A stretch of DNA of 64,000 bases, taken from positions 544,211 through 608,210 of the forward strand of contig NIVC01000195.1 of assembly GCA_002269645.1 (NCBI GenBank). The letters are read 5' to 3'. How positions within the stretch are numbered: position 1 is the first letter of the stretch; the number at the start of each line of letters is the position of its first letter. Position numbers and translations under genes: made by a program. Below, one piece after another: positions 44,301 through 57,427 of this stretch. Under the pieces are notes generated by a model that was not told the origin of the DNA, ran no database searches, and saw only the letters and a program-made list of their open reading frames with translations. Origin of the DNA: Macrostomum lignano (taxonomy: Eukaryota).

Positions 44301-47300
44301 TTTCTCCCATCCGCCTGCGCGCCCCTTAAGGAGGGAAGAAAACAGAGCGGGGAGGAGAATACCCCAGTTGAGCACGGAAGGCCGCCCAGAAACGGATCAA
44401 GCAGCCTGGCAAATCGGAAGTGCACCGGCCGATTTCTTCATTTGAGAGGAAGCAGCTTGTGTTTGAAGAAATCGCAGTTCGGACTGAGCCGAGATGCAAC
44501 AGAGCTTGGCGGGGCTGGCGTGACTGCCGGGGTTTCCGCTGATTTCCCTGCGAGCCGAAGGATTTGAGCAGGCGAAGGAATTTTACGCACACAAAGGATG
44601 GAGCAGGCTAATCCTGCGGAAGACTTTGGGTGTCCCCAAACAGCGTGAGGCGCAAAGGCTGCAGGGTCACGCGGGGCGCCACTCGCGCCAAGCAAAATGA
44701 CGGAGGAATTCAGCTTCGGCCTTCAAAATGGAAGCTGATTAACGGCGGGGCTTTGACCGCAGGCCAGTCGGCTGGCTGGCTGGCTGGATCTCGCGAAAGG
44801 CAGGCAGGAAACCGGGGAGCAAGAAGGCTCAGGCGTTCACTTACAATGGCCGCAACAAAGTGCCTGACAGTGCAAAATGGGACAGTATTGAGATCATTGA
44901 GATCTACTCAGCTGGCAGCTCACACATCCGCCCACACCATTGAGCCCAACATCCGACTGGCTTCAGTCAGCTCAAGCGGATTCACGGAATGGAAGCCGCA
45001 CACGGCTGCGGGAGTCGGAAGAGAATTTTGATTGGGGAGGCCCGGTAGCAACTACTGCAGGCAAAGGGTAAATTTCTCGGGTAAGACCAAATATTGACCC
45101 GAAACTGAGGGAGCCATTCAGTCCTAAATGGGGTTGGCTGAAGACCAAATTTGCACCAATACTGAGGACCAAATTTGCACCAATACTGAGGACCAAATTT
45201 GCACCAATACTGAGGACCAAATGCAGCCCAATATTGAGGACAAAATGCAGCCCAATACTGAGGACCAAATGGAGCCCAATACTGAGGACCAAATTTGCAC
45301 CAATACTGAGGACCAAATTTGCACCAATACTGAGGACCAAATGCAGCCCAATACTGAGGACCAAATTTGCACCAATACTGAGGACCAAATTTGCACCAAT
45401 ACTGAGGACCAAATGCAGCCCAATACTGAGGACCAAATGCAGCCCAATACTGAGGACCAAATGCAGCCCAATACTGAGGACCAAATTTGCACCAATACTG
45501 AGGACCAAATGCAGCCCAATACTGAGGACCAAATGCAGCCCAATACTGAGGACCAAATTTGCACCAATACTGAGGACCAAATGCAGCCCAATACTGAGGA
45601 CCAAATGCAGCCCAATACTGAGGACCAAATGCAGCCCAATACTGAAGACCAAATTTGCACCAATACTGAGGACCAAATGCAGCCCAATACTGAGGACCAA
45701 ATGCAGCCCAATACTGAGGACCAAATTTGCACCAATACTGAGGACCAAATGCAGCCCAATACTGAGGACCAAATTTGCACCAATACTGAGGACCAAATGC
45801 AGCCCAATACTGAGGACCAAATTTGCACCAATACTGAGGACCAAATGCAGCCCAATACTGAGGACCAAATGCAGCCCAATACTGAAGACCAAATTTGCAC
45901 CAATACTGAGGACCAAATGCAGCCCAATACTAAGGACAAAATGCAGCCCAATACTGAGGACTAAATGCACCCCAATACTGAGGACTAAATGCAGCCCAAT
46001 ACTGAGGACCAAATTCGCCCCATATACTGAGGACCAAATGCAGTCCAATACTGAGGACCAAATGCAGCCCAATACTGAGGACCAAATGCACCTCAATACT
46101 GAGGACCAAATGCACCCCATTACTGAGGACCAAAATCACCCCAATACTGAGGACCAAATGCACCTCAATACTGAGGACCAAATGCACCCCATTACTGAGG
46201 ACTAAATGCAGCCCAATACTGAGGACCAAATGCAGCCCAATACTGAGGACCAAATGCAGCCCAATACTGAGGACCAAATGCACCCCATTACTGAGGACCA
46301 AATGCACCCCAATACTGAATACCAAATGCACCCCAATACTGAATACCAGATCCACCCCAGTGAAGCAAGCAGCTCACAGCTGGCTCAGATTCCGCCGTTT
46401 CCGTCCAGCTGAAGCGGGTGCGGCCGGTCCCGGCCCCGCTGCCGACGGTAGCGCAGGCGGCACTCAGAGCGACGTCAGGGTGGTCGGGCCGGGGAACCGG
46501 CCGGCGCAGGCGGCACAGCAGACCGTCCTGCCGCAGGTGGTAGTGATCGACCAGCTGGGCTAGCGAGGCGAAGGCGTGGCCGCCTTCGATGCGAAGCCGC
46601 TGACCGTTGGGCAGGCGGTCGATCCTGTAGTGCTTCGGCTCGCGGCGGCAGCTGAGGCTCAGCGCAAAGGCACCGCCCCGCATGCGCTGCGCACCAGGAA
46701 GGCGCCTTCGACGTGGCCGGCGGCAGCCAGACGGCGCTCGGCCTCCTCGCGGCAGAGCCGGCCGTGGAACCAGGGCTGGCGCAGGTGCAGCTCTGACAGC
46801 GCCAGACGGCAGGCGAGGGCGCGCTGCGGCTCGTCCAAGTTGAGGCTGTCGTAGCCGAGTTCCGTCGCCTTGGCAACCGTGGCAGCGGCGAGGTCGTCCA
46901 GGGTGACGCCCTGCAGCGCCAGGGGGCTCGAGTCTGCTGGCCGGTCGCACGGCAGGCTGGCGAGGGTGACGAAGCCGTCCAGCCGGGCGGCATGATGTCG
47001 AAGGAGCTCCACGGGGCCGGGGAAGGCGCGGCCGTTGGCGATGCGGTAGGCGCCGTCGGGCTGCCGCTCGACACTGTAGTGCAGCACCCGTCCAGCGTGG
47101 CAGATGCTCACCGCGTAGTTGCCGCCCGTGGAAGCGCGCAGCAGGAAGAGGCCGTCGGCGGCGCCGCGCGCTAACAGCTGCTCCTCAGCCTGTTCCCGGG
47201 TGAGCCGGCCGTGAAAATAGGCCTGGCCGGCTGGGCTGACAGCTGACCGGAAGTCTTGGGTCGCCTGCTGGTGCCGGCCAGCCGTGGCGCCGCCGCAGCC

Positions 47301-47354
47301 GCAGGCGGTGCAGCTGGAGCAGCAATGCACATAGGGATTAGCTGGGAATTTCAT
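38364..47354 (-). CDS. SYK: SYK/ZAP70-family tyrosine kinase (SH2-SH2-kinase); exons 47354-46378 (1-bp frameshift near 46677), 40947-40274, 38883-38364
   Basis: Two SH2 domains (YFHGRLTREQAEE..FLLR; WFHGRLCREEAE..FLVR), no ankyrins so not SHARK; kinase LGGGNFG, VAVK, HRDLAARN, DFG, DYY activation loop, GRWPLKWYSPECIYY..SDVWSFG. Splice phases consistent (0, 2). Extra exons in the 5.4-kb intron cannot be excluded. Confidence 0.92.
38915..39957. repeat. 25-bp grading to 22-bp minisatellite (CTGTAGTGAAGATGGAGTGAAGGGA to CTCTAGTGAAGATGGAAAGGAGA) in SYK intron 2
   Basis: Direct reading; unit changes progressively along the array. Confidence 0.94.
43490..43650. repeat. 32-bp repeat GGGAGACACCCTGACTGCTGAGTGCAGGGCCA, about 5 copies, SYK intron 1
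   Basis: Direct reading. Confidence 0.9.
45140..46350. repeat. 24-bp minisatellite AATACTGAGGACCAAATGCAGCCC, about 50 copies, next to the SYK intron 1 donor
   Basis: Direct reading; two interspersed variants (TGCAGCCC / TTGCACC). Confidence 0.96.
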
Positions 47355-49639
47355 TCATTCGTTGGATTCGCTAAAAACCGCCGCGCGGGAATCTGCGGAG
47401 ACGCCGCCGCTGCTGCTCCGGTGCCCAGCCGAAATTTTGAATTCGCCTCGCGTTGAAAACCGGAGAGGAGGGAGAGGCGGCGGCCGGGGCAGGCAGGGGC
47501 CTCGCGCCAATGGCTGGCTGGCAGCAGCGGACCAGCCGCAGCTGAGCTGAAATGTACAGTTGCTGGCCGCGTGAGAGTTGCGCCCGGACTGGCCCTGATT
47601 GACATCCCCTTCCTGGCCGGCGCCCGCTAATGCCGAGGAGGGGAAAGGTGGGGATTTCTCGGTCCCCTCCGTTTCTAACGAATTGAGAAGCCGGGCGGAG
47701 GCCGCAGCTACCTGTCAGTCAGCGGCTGGGCAGGGCACGCAGCGTGCAGCAGTTGGCGGGCTGCGGCACTGGTTGCTAAGTGCGGGGTCTCGGCCCCACA
47801 AAACCAGGCCTGATGGACTCGAATTACTCAGGACAGGCCTTTGGCTCATCCTACTGCTCAGCAGGGATGGGGGAACAGAAAGCCAGAAAGCAGTGGGAAC
47901 AGGCCAACAGCTGACTCGGTGTTAAGCCCCCGAAAAAGCAGCAGTGCAGCACAGGGACGCTGACAAGAGCAGCTTTAGCAATTAAGTTTTTAGATGCTCA
48001 AAGATCCAACAAAACCCTTGCAGTGCTACTATAAGCAGAATGTAGCGAACTCGTTCCGAAATCAACAGTATTGGGCACAAGAATTAAGATGAAGCTTACC
48101 TTTGTCAGGTACAGATCCATTTTGACAATGCATGCCAACCAGGTGTCACAACAGGCGCTGAGGAAGGGCATTAAATGGAAAAATGCTCAATTATTTGAAG
48201 AAAAAATATTTGGCAAGAAATACTCAAAGCTGAAGGCGACTTAAAACAGATGGATAAATGAATCCGAAGTAAAAATGAATGAATTTTTCAATTATTTTGA
48301 CAAATATGAATAACTATTAGGCTTGTAAATTAAAAAATGTTTCCTAGTAGTGTTGCTGCTAGTTAATAGAAGATAAAAACAGGGTTGCATAGCATCCAGC
48401 TTCTATATGCATTAATTATTTTATGATCATACCCCACAGTGAGGCTTTTTATATTAACGAAAAGACAAAAAATTTACCAACCACTTAATCACATCTTAAG
48501 TACTGTTTATAACTTGATATTTTTATTACTAACAGTGGAGGTTTCTATGCCTTTTAGCACCCCAGTTTATGACACCTAAATTAGAAAGATAACAATAAAT
48601 ATAGAGTTCTGCCATAAACAAAACTTTCTTGTATCAACATCTGTAGCCTAATCTAATATCTACAAGTTTTGCATCCATATACATAGCTAATTAATTTCCT
48701 ATAACTTCTATAACTTTTAAAATGATATTTACATTAATAAAGATGGACTCCAATGGGGAATAATAGTTTTTATTATTCACTATACTATAGTAAGAAAGTA
48801 AATAATGACAGCAATAGCTTCACCTATCACTTCTTAAGAGTATCTCATTTATTTACTGTACAAAAAGGCCAGAGCTACATTTATCCTAACTTTAGCCTTA
48901 CCACTCTAAGCATATATCAAGCATATGGCATTGAAAATATGTATTTCTTGCTTAAGTCCATAAATAGACTTTTTCAATGAAAGTAAAAATATTCATCTTA
49001 TAAACAATAAAGTCTATTAACAACAATGCTGTTTTGATCAAAATTATAAGTTGCCTATTAAGTCCTATCTAAATAATATAGAACAATGTTTTGCAAAAAA
49101 ACTTTTAACTTTAGTAACTTTAAAGAGTATCTCAAAAAGTTCCAACAATAATTCATTGTTCTTTTTCTGTTTGCACAATTTTTTTAAAATTGAGTTCACA
49201 ATGGTCAAATACTGTTGAAGCTTCATATTTAAAAGGTAATTTTGGCTTAATTATCAATTGGCCCTGCCACCTGATAAACAATAAGTCTTATGGATCTAGT
49301 GCCACTTAATTTGCTTTATGTGGAAGATTCAGTGCTTTGTCCTTTTCACATGGATATAGTGAAAATGCCACAAACTTATTAGCTACTATATGCCAAATAG
49401 GTTTATAGTTTTATTGTGAAGTAGTTGAAATGCTTTTTTAATTTACTTATTGATACTTATACTTTAGCCTATTGATTTCATTTATATATAATAAATTTAT
49501 ATTTATATTTGGTAAATTTAACAATTATTATTTTTTAGTATGCCTAATACTTATACTTAAAGAAAGTTTATTAACAAAGCTGTATTCTACAAAGCAGAAT
49601 TTCCTCTTTTTTAGCAAATAAAAAGGTTGCAATTGTTGA

Positions 49640-51750
49640 CTGCTTAAAACATGCGATGGAGGGCTGGAACTGCAAGTTCTACTCATATTCATGTAAACTA
49701 TTTATCCAATTAATTAATTAGCCATACCACACGTCATGCAAATAGATCAAGGCAAGTTAAAATTGTATTGTATTTTGAATAAGTTGGTTTTAAGCTTATA
49801 ATTGACTAGGCCCCTAATTGTAATTTATCATTCTTATAATTTAGGTTCATCTGTCCAGTCCAACATTGTGTGTCTGTTTTCCCAACACTCATCAGTTTGA
49901 AAACACATGCATATAGGAAACATTGAGAAAAATTTGAAGGACAAAAATGAGACTCAGGTAATATAATTTATATAACGGGGTTACCTATTATAAATATTTA
50001 TTATTTGTAGAATTTACAATATGAATTATCTATTTTACATTTTAGGATATACAAAGGACAAGTCTATGTTATCCAATAGTAATGCCTCTGCATCTGCTAG
50101 TAATGAGCATCAAATAAAAGTGGAATGTAGTATTTTAAGTCAAAGTAATAGTTCTATAAATATTAATGATTCTGTTAGGCCTATTATTAATCAGTGTCTA
50201 ATAAATAATATTGATTTACCTGCTATTGTCAATGCAAACAATCTATCAACAAGTGAATTTTTGTCAATTATACAATTTCTTTTCCTCAAAATTCAGAAGT
50301 GTCATTTAGTGTCATTTCAAGCTGCTCTAGATATTGTCACATCATTTGTTCTTAGCTTTCAAACTTTTAATAGCACATTTTTGTCAAATGTACATAACTT
50401 TCTTATGACTTCCAAAGTACCTGAAAATGTTATAATAGAATTTGATGCAGTTTTTTCATGTGACAGTTTTTTTCAACTATCTTTTCCATCTGTTGTACTT
50501 AGCAAAAGTACTAAGGCAATTTTAAGCTCCAAGTATCATATTGCTAATCTAATTTTATTAGACTTATCAGTTGATGGTTTTCTTTCAAAGCCATGCTATT
50601 ATATTCCAATTGAGTCTTCATTGTCCCAAATATTGCAGAACAAGCATTTTTTAAATTTAGTTTTTAATCACCCACAATGTTGCTTTGATCCTTTCTTTAA
50701 TTCTACTTTTTTCCAATCTGAAATTCAAATTTTGTCCTGTAACTTTCAATATCCAATTCATATTTCTCTATATACTGATGAATTTGAAGTGTGCAATCCT
50801 ATTGGTTCAAGTAAAGTTTTCAATAAGTTAGTTGGTATTTATTATCAAATTCTCAATATTCTACCACTTTTTCAAAGTAAAGAAGAAGCATTTGATTGGT
50901 CTATGTAATTCAAAAACATTTTCTTTATCACTGTTAGATGTAATTATTGAGGAATTAAACATACTTTTCTTTGATGGGTTTGAATTTTCTTGTAATCATG
51001 TTTCCACTAGACTTAATGTTATTATGTATTTCTTTGCTAGTGATATCCAGCTATTAATCCTATTTTGGGTCTTCCAAAGTATTTTTGTTATAGTAAAGTT
51101 TGTCACTTTTGTAGTTTTGAGGCTAATAATATTTTGCAATCAATAACAGAAAGTATTTTGCATCCTTGTTGGGAGCATAAAGATTTCTTTGAAAGATTTA
51201 ACATCCCTTTTAATAAGCTTTCTTATATTTCTTTGTCAATGTTTTTTCCACCTGATATCATGCATGATTTTCTATGTGGAGTATCACAAACTATTATCTG
51301 CTTTGTTTTGTTGAATTGTATATTAAAATGACTCATGAGTGTGGCAATAGTAAATTCTATACTTAAAACTTTTTTGCCATTTAAGTTTGCTCCAATTGAA
51401 AAGTGCCATCTAAATAACTATTCAATTCCTATGAAAGCAGCAGATATTTATACTCTTCCTCTTATTATTAATTTACCATTGTTATTAGGCTTCTTTGTCA
51501 CAGAGGATGATAATGATTTTTGGAACTTGCTTCTTCTACATATAGAAATTATTCAGTATGTATTTTCACCAACTCCTGATTTGTCACAAATGGGTATACT
51601 AGAAGAAAACTCTTTTTGCTAGACATTTTATATGCATACAAAATTATTTTTTGGTATTTGATAACTTTTGGTAATTTTTTTATAATAGTAAACTTGCTGC
51701 TTGAATTTTACATTTTGTCTGAGACTTCAGTGTGAATATGCTAAGTGCTA
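49640..51750 (+). pseudogene. Decayed EnSpm/CMC-like DNA transposase with N-terminal C2H2 zinc-finger remnants
   Basis: Consecutive frameshifted ORFs carry LYTDEFEVCNPIGSSK..KLVGIYYQILNI, CHFC and FPPDIMHDFLCGV, motifs typical of animal EnSpm-like transposases (recalled); zinc finger FICPVQHC..F..LKTHAYRKH* at about 49847-49927; many stops and frameshifts. Confidence 0.72.
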
Positions 51751-52589
51751 AGTAAATATGAAAGGCAGCTTTCCTACCAAATTAATGCCATATGAAATCT
51801 CTTTTTCTAGCTAAATATGTTTTGTAGTTAAACCAATAGCAAAAAAACTGGAAACAAGCTTTTGAAATTGGCAGCGAAAAATGCATCAAATTATTTACAA
51901 GATGCATTTCTTTCATTCACAACTAATGTTGTTGGCCTAGATAATGCTACTCCATAGCTCAATTTTTTATGTATTTGTCTAAAATGCATTCACATTTTCA
52001 TTTGCTTTAATTTTATCCCTCAATTTTAAAAGGCAGTGTTGTGTGAGTTAGTATTGGCCAGATTTTGGCTCTTTGACGACTTTCCTAGCGACTGTCTGAT
52101 TACAGCACTATTCTAAAAAATTGTACCAGTTTGTGCTGATTTTTCCACGCCTAAAATTGCAAGCCTCAAACTCTTCCCCATTAGGTAACATTGCATTATA
52201 TGAAAAATCAAGTTCAATTTTTGTCTTGTGCTGAAAAAGTAAATGGTTCTTAATGATGCTCCATTTACGTATGGTTTTCATGACTCGTGACTAAATTTTT
52301 GAGAGACTGTTTTTTCTCTTTGTTATTTAAAAGCTTTTATCCATGGTGTATGTAGCTCTTTAATGTCTTTGACTTATTAGTAGTGGGCAAGATTAATTTT
52401 ATCTGCAGGTGGACATGGCAGCCTGTAGTAGAGGCTCTTTTTCAAGAAGGGTTTAGAATATGGATACACTTATACGATACAATAACAAAAGATAATTTCT
52501 ATAGTGACGCATGTGATAAAAATGCATCAGCATAGGAAATGAAAACAGGAAACTGATATACTACAATATGAATGCAATATGAGATACAT

Positions 52590-52870
52590 GTTTATATGGC
52601 ACTATGTGACACTATTGTAGTGCCAAACTTGGGCACTAGGTGCCATACTAGTGCCTTATATAGTAACAAACTTAGCACTACGAGGAAAACTGAATCTGGC
52701 ACTACCTGGATAAAATATGGCACTATGTGGCACTATAGATTTGCCAAAATCTGGCACTTAGTGCCAAACTAGTGCCTTATATAGTGTTAGTTTTGGCACT
52801 AACTTTTTAATGATTTTGGTACCCATTGTAGCAAAATAAGGCACTAGTTAGCGCTTAAAAATTTACAGTG
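52590..52870. mobile_element. CACTA-type right end with subterminal repeats
   Basis: Ends ...AAATTTACAGTG (reverse CACTGTAAATTT); many GGCACTA/TAGTGCC short repeats in both orientations; matching left end not found. Confidence 0.5.
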
Positions 52871-53697
52871 TATGTAAGCCAAATTTTTAAATATATTAGC
52901 CTTGCATATAGTCTGCACAATTTATGCACTTTAAATGTGACATTTTTCTACTTCCACTTTGGTAGTATGATTATTGGGTCATTCCATAAGAAGGTCCTAT
53001 CATGTTTTTTAACTTGAAGCACGTGTAACTTTTGAACCATAGTAGATAGAACAAAGCTGCAAAAAGCAATATTTGTACATGGAAGCCATCTACCTAGTAT
53101 TTTAATTGTATGCACAACAGCCAATAGATCGGCAATATAGCAAATACCAAATTAGACCCTTTCCCTCAAATCTGCATGTTGCAACTCATAGAACTTATAG
53201 TCTTATTTAATAGTTTATTGTTTGATCCTATGTACAACTTAATCTCAATTTATAGCTATTTTTATAAACTTGAACATTAATTTCAATAATTCAAACAGAA
53301 TATGATATCATATTGTATAATAAGTTTTTAGTGCATGCAGCTGCTGAGATGCAGCTGCCATGCACACAATTGAAACACTGCATAGATGGCTGCCATGTAG
53401 TCAAGCTCTCTGTTTATAAAAATTCTTATTTATTATAGTGACCAAAAAAATTTTTACCTTACAATAAAAAACAATGTGCTTTTTAATGTTGTTATATTAT
53501 AGGATAGGCATTCCTTTGGTTTATGATCATTTTTCCACCCACATTTTGGTTCACAGTCCCCATGTAATTTTTCATATAAATGATAATAGCTTGCTTGAAA
53601 TAAACAAAAATTGTTAAACTGAGCTTATTCGTTACATTAGAAAAAAATGAACGGAATAGCCAACAAATGGTTTCTTTCATGGCATGGCGATGACGAG

Positions 53698-54256
53698 GAT
53701 CCTATATATCCACTTCGGTTTACAATCATTTAAACGGAAGCAATACATGTAAATGATCGTGAACCGAAGCTAGCATATGTGTGTAAGGGGGTTTTGGTGT
53801 TTTACAAGCTCTATCTGAAATCAATCACTATCTTAATACATGGCTAGCTTTGGTTCATGATCATTTAAATGTATTTCTTCCATTTAAATGATTGTGTACC
53901 GAAGCTGAGAGGGGGTGTCGAAGACATATGTAGTCATATATTTATTTGGTGGCTTGTTGGCGATTGAAATGTCATCTTGAGTTAACGTGCGCTCCCAAGT
54001 AACTTGATGCTTTATTATTCTCTGCACGCTGCCACCCCCCCCCCCTCAGCTTCGGTTTACGATCATTTAGATATAAGCAATACATGTCAATGATCGTGAA
54101 CCGAAGCTAGCCACGTATTGAGATAGTGATTGATTTCAGATAGAGCTTGTAAAACACCAAAACCCCCTTACACACATACGTTAGCTTCAGTTCACGATCA
54201 TTTACATGTATTGCTTCCGTTTAAATGATTGTAAACCGAAGTGGTTATATAGGATC
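53698..54256. mobile_element. Palindromic foldback/MITE with about 220-bp inverted arms
   Basis: 53698-53920 is the near-perfect reverse complement of 54035-54256; internal AATGATCGTGAACCGAAG motif repeated; related fragment at 54450-54490. Confidence 0.85.
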
Positions 54257-55160
54257 ATCTTTGGATTCTTGGAACTGTGAAATGGATCACTATAAGTATA
54301 ACCCCTTTACCTTCTTTTTTCATTTGAACATGCAGCTAGTGTTATGATGGATAAATAAAAAGGATTGGAGTGCTTGTCTACTGTTTTTGCATTTTGATGA
54401 AATAAACAACAATTTTGTATCTTTCCTATCTCTCCAATGGGGATCGTCACTAATTTCAATGATCGTAAACCGAAGGAATGCCATAGGATACTCATTTTAA
54501 AAGCTATCGCATAATGTTTTAAAAAGCCTTAAAAATTCCAATGTGTACAGCTATAGTGCCTAGCTCTGATAGTGATGGCACGCCAAAAAATTTAAATGCG
54601 GCGCTGTTGTGTGAAGCATGCCAAAAATTTTTTTCTAACTCCTTGATGTATGCTATATATGCGATACTAGACTGCCTGGGGACCTTTTTGTATGCAACTA
54701 TTCCCCCCCCCCCAAAAAGCAGCATCATTATCATTACTCTTTGAAAGTATGGCATAGGCCTAGAAACTTTTTATGTTTAGTTATAGATTTGTTATATATG
54801 CTTTAGTTATAGTGTTCTGCCGTAGCTACGGCTATGGCTACTGGATCCTATGGCAAATATGGTAAAATAGATACCTACGGCAATTACGGATACGCCTATA
54901 ATAGATACCTGCTCTTACGGCTACGACTTACGGAAATATGGTATACCATAGTTGCTGTCATATATTTCATTAACATACGATCTAAGACGATGATCACAAA
55001 TTTTGCATGTTCAAATATGAGTCGTTTGAATTTATTAAAAACGGAATCCAATTAAACAAAGTAACTTATAAATAAAACCATAGAATAAATTACGCGCATA
55101 ACTATAAAAGCAAAGGAATAGTACTCTGACAAATACTCAGAGTTTTTTAGATTTGTGCTC

Positions 55161-55408
55161 TTGACTTACTTGACTTTGCTGCAAGGGGCTCCGTGCATCA
55201 GGAAACAGCGAGGGGGCGGTTGCAACCCATTCCGCTAACGCCTGGCGACCACGGGCAGCTAGTGCCGATTGTGCCGGTGTCCGCAGCGTGGTTCCCCTCC
55301 GGAGAGTCCAGGGGGTGGATTGTCGCTCGCCCGGTAGCCCTTAGGTAGCAGACGAGCTGGCAGAGATTCTCGGGCCTAAAAATGTCGGAGAGGTCCGGGT
55401 TTAGGAAT
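55161..55408 (-). mobile_element. 5'-truncated non-LTR retrotransposon 3' end
   Basis: GC-rich 248-bp insert in AT-rich DNA; minus strand encodes ..[20 protein letters not shown].. (LINE ORF2-like end) and ends in short tandem tail CAAAGTCAAGTAAGTCAA; flanked by about 52-bp direct repeats 55109-55160 and 55409-55462. Confidence 0.55.
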
Positions 55409-57427
55409 AGCAAAGGAATAGTTACTCTGACAAATACTCAGACTTTTTTAAGATTTATGCTCAGAGTTACTTAACAAAGTACTTGAAATGAATTCGATTT
55501 TCATAGAGTTCCTGCACGTAGGGTCCAAAATTTTAGCCGTGTATCTGTAGTATAGCCGTATTTAATTTTCCCGTAGCCTATCCGTAATTAACTACCTTCC
55601 CGTAACGTTCCGTAACTTAATTTCAATGATATTTAATCCTTGGCAACACAACAATTGTTTAACTTATCTCTCATTACCAGTGTCTCATTTATTTATTGTA
55701 AAAAAATAATGCAAACAGTTTAAAGTAAAGTAGAGAAATATGATTTTTAATAAAAAATTTTGCTGTTAAAAAGCACAAAAGAATGGAAAATGAAAATAAA
55801 ATTGGAACACAAAGAAAAATGACGCTTTTAATTTGCGCAAAGAACATTCTGTTTAGAAAAAATTCTGTCTTATAATTCAACGTCAGATCAGATTAAATTT
55901 ATACTCCAAAATTCTGCTTCATGAATAGCTAGCAGTTGAATCAGCTGTGTGGGGAGCCATGCACTAGCTGTGTGACAGTAGCTATATTTCCCGCTGCACT
56001 AAAGAGCTACTCAGCATCAGCACATATGGTGGAGTGCACAGGTACCACCGAGCAGCGCCTTAGCAACAGCTGGAAGTTCGGCTCGGCCAATTGTCGCCTA
56101 ACACTGCAATATAGCCGCAGTTTGCGCAATTGATCGTGTTAAGCTGTGTGCAAGAACATAATTCTTCTGTGAATTTATTGTTCAAATTGTTAAGTATGAA
56201 GCGCACAGTCTTACACGTACTGGCTGAAAGATGCAGCTCTTTGGCCCGTGGAGTTGCCAGACTGCAGTTGCCACTGATTCAGGGGCAGGTCGTCCGCACT
56301 GCCGATACCATATTTGCTGCTGGTACCAGAGTAATACAGCACCTATTGGACAGCGCATGCAAGCTGTCACTGTGGGCAAAAAGGTCAGAAAGGACAAGAT
56401 CAAAAGCATTTGCCCTGTGATTCAATTTCGCTTTGAGTGCAATGATCCCTGGAGTCACCATACATTTTTCTGTGCCTACAACCTACAAGGCCGCCTGATC
56501 GATATCGTCGATCGATCAAATAAAGCTTAAAAACTCATTATGCATATAATCATTTACACTTCCAACTTTTAACAGCAGAAACGCCAGCACACCGCACAAA
56601 AACACTCCTTAAAAACCCTCTCATACCGCTGAATGAGACAATTGACGACACAAATTCTGTCTTGAACGCCAGACAGTCATTAATTTTCCAGGCTTAGCCG
56701 ATCCTTGCACAGCACGCACGGCAGTTTCATTTCCCTGAAGCTCCTCAGCTATCAATTTCGCTGGTCCCCGAATTTTAGGTTGAAATTAAATTGAAAGAAG
56801 AGTTTCTGGTGATGGATGAGGCCGAGCTGTATTTGCACCAGCTTCTGGTCTTTGAGACCGCAGTTGTGCAAACAAAATCCCATATTCACGCTATGCAGCT
56901 TACACAATTTTCTGACTACTAACGCATGGTGTACCTTGCCGCCTCATGCTCACCCAGCAGCCCCTCTCACCCAGCCCTGCTCTGCTCAGACTCTGCTCAG
57001 ACAGGGGCTGGTACACCGACAACGCATATCAATTGTTTAAGCGGCCGTCGCCTACTCTTTGAAATCTGCAAAGCGAGCTCAGTGCAGTCAGGTAACTGGC
57101 TCCCAGTCAATCCCGTCAAACATCTCTAATTCCCAATCCTCTCCAGTTCCCCTGAAATTAAAGCCCAAATTTCAAGCAGTTCATTAAATATTCCACTGCC
57201 TGGGACAGAAACTGCAGCCCTGCGCCTGGGCCTCAGCGGCCAATTTGCGATCGCGTAAGCTGGAGGCAAGCCGCTGCCGGCCGCCTGCTCCGCACAGCTG
57301 AGCTCTGAGACGCCGCCATTGGCCAGCACGGCTGCAGGCAGCAAGAGGAACGCTGATTGGACCTGCACCTGGGCTAAAACTGGGGGACGAGCAGCCCGGG
57401 TGTCCGTCGGGATGCGAGGCCACTGCC

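Noticed and set aside
44972-46355. Hydrophobic LVLSIG and NTEDQM ORFs
   Set aside because: 24-bp minisatellite inside SYK intron 1.
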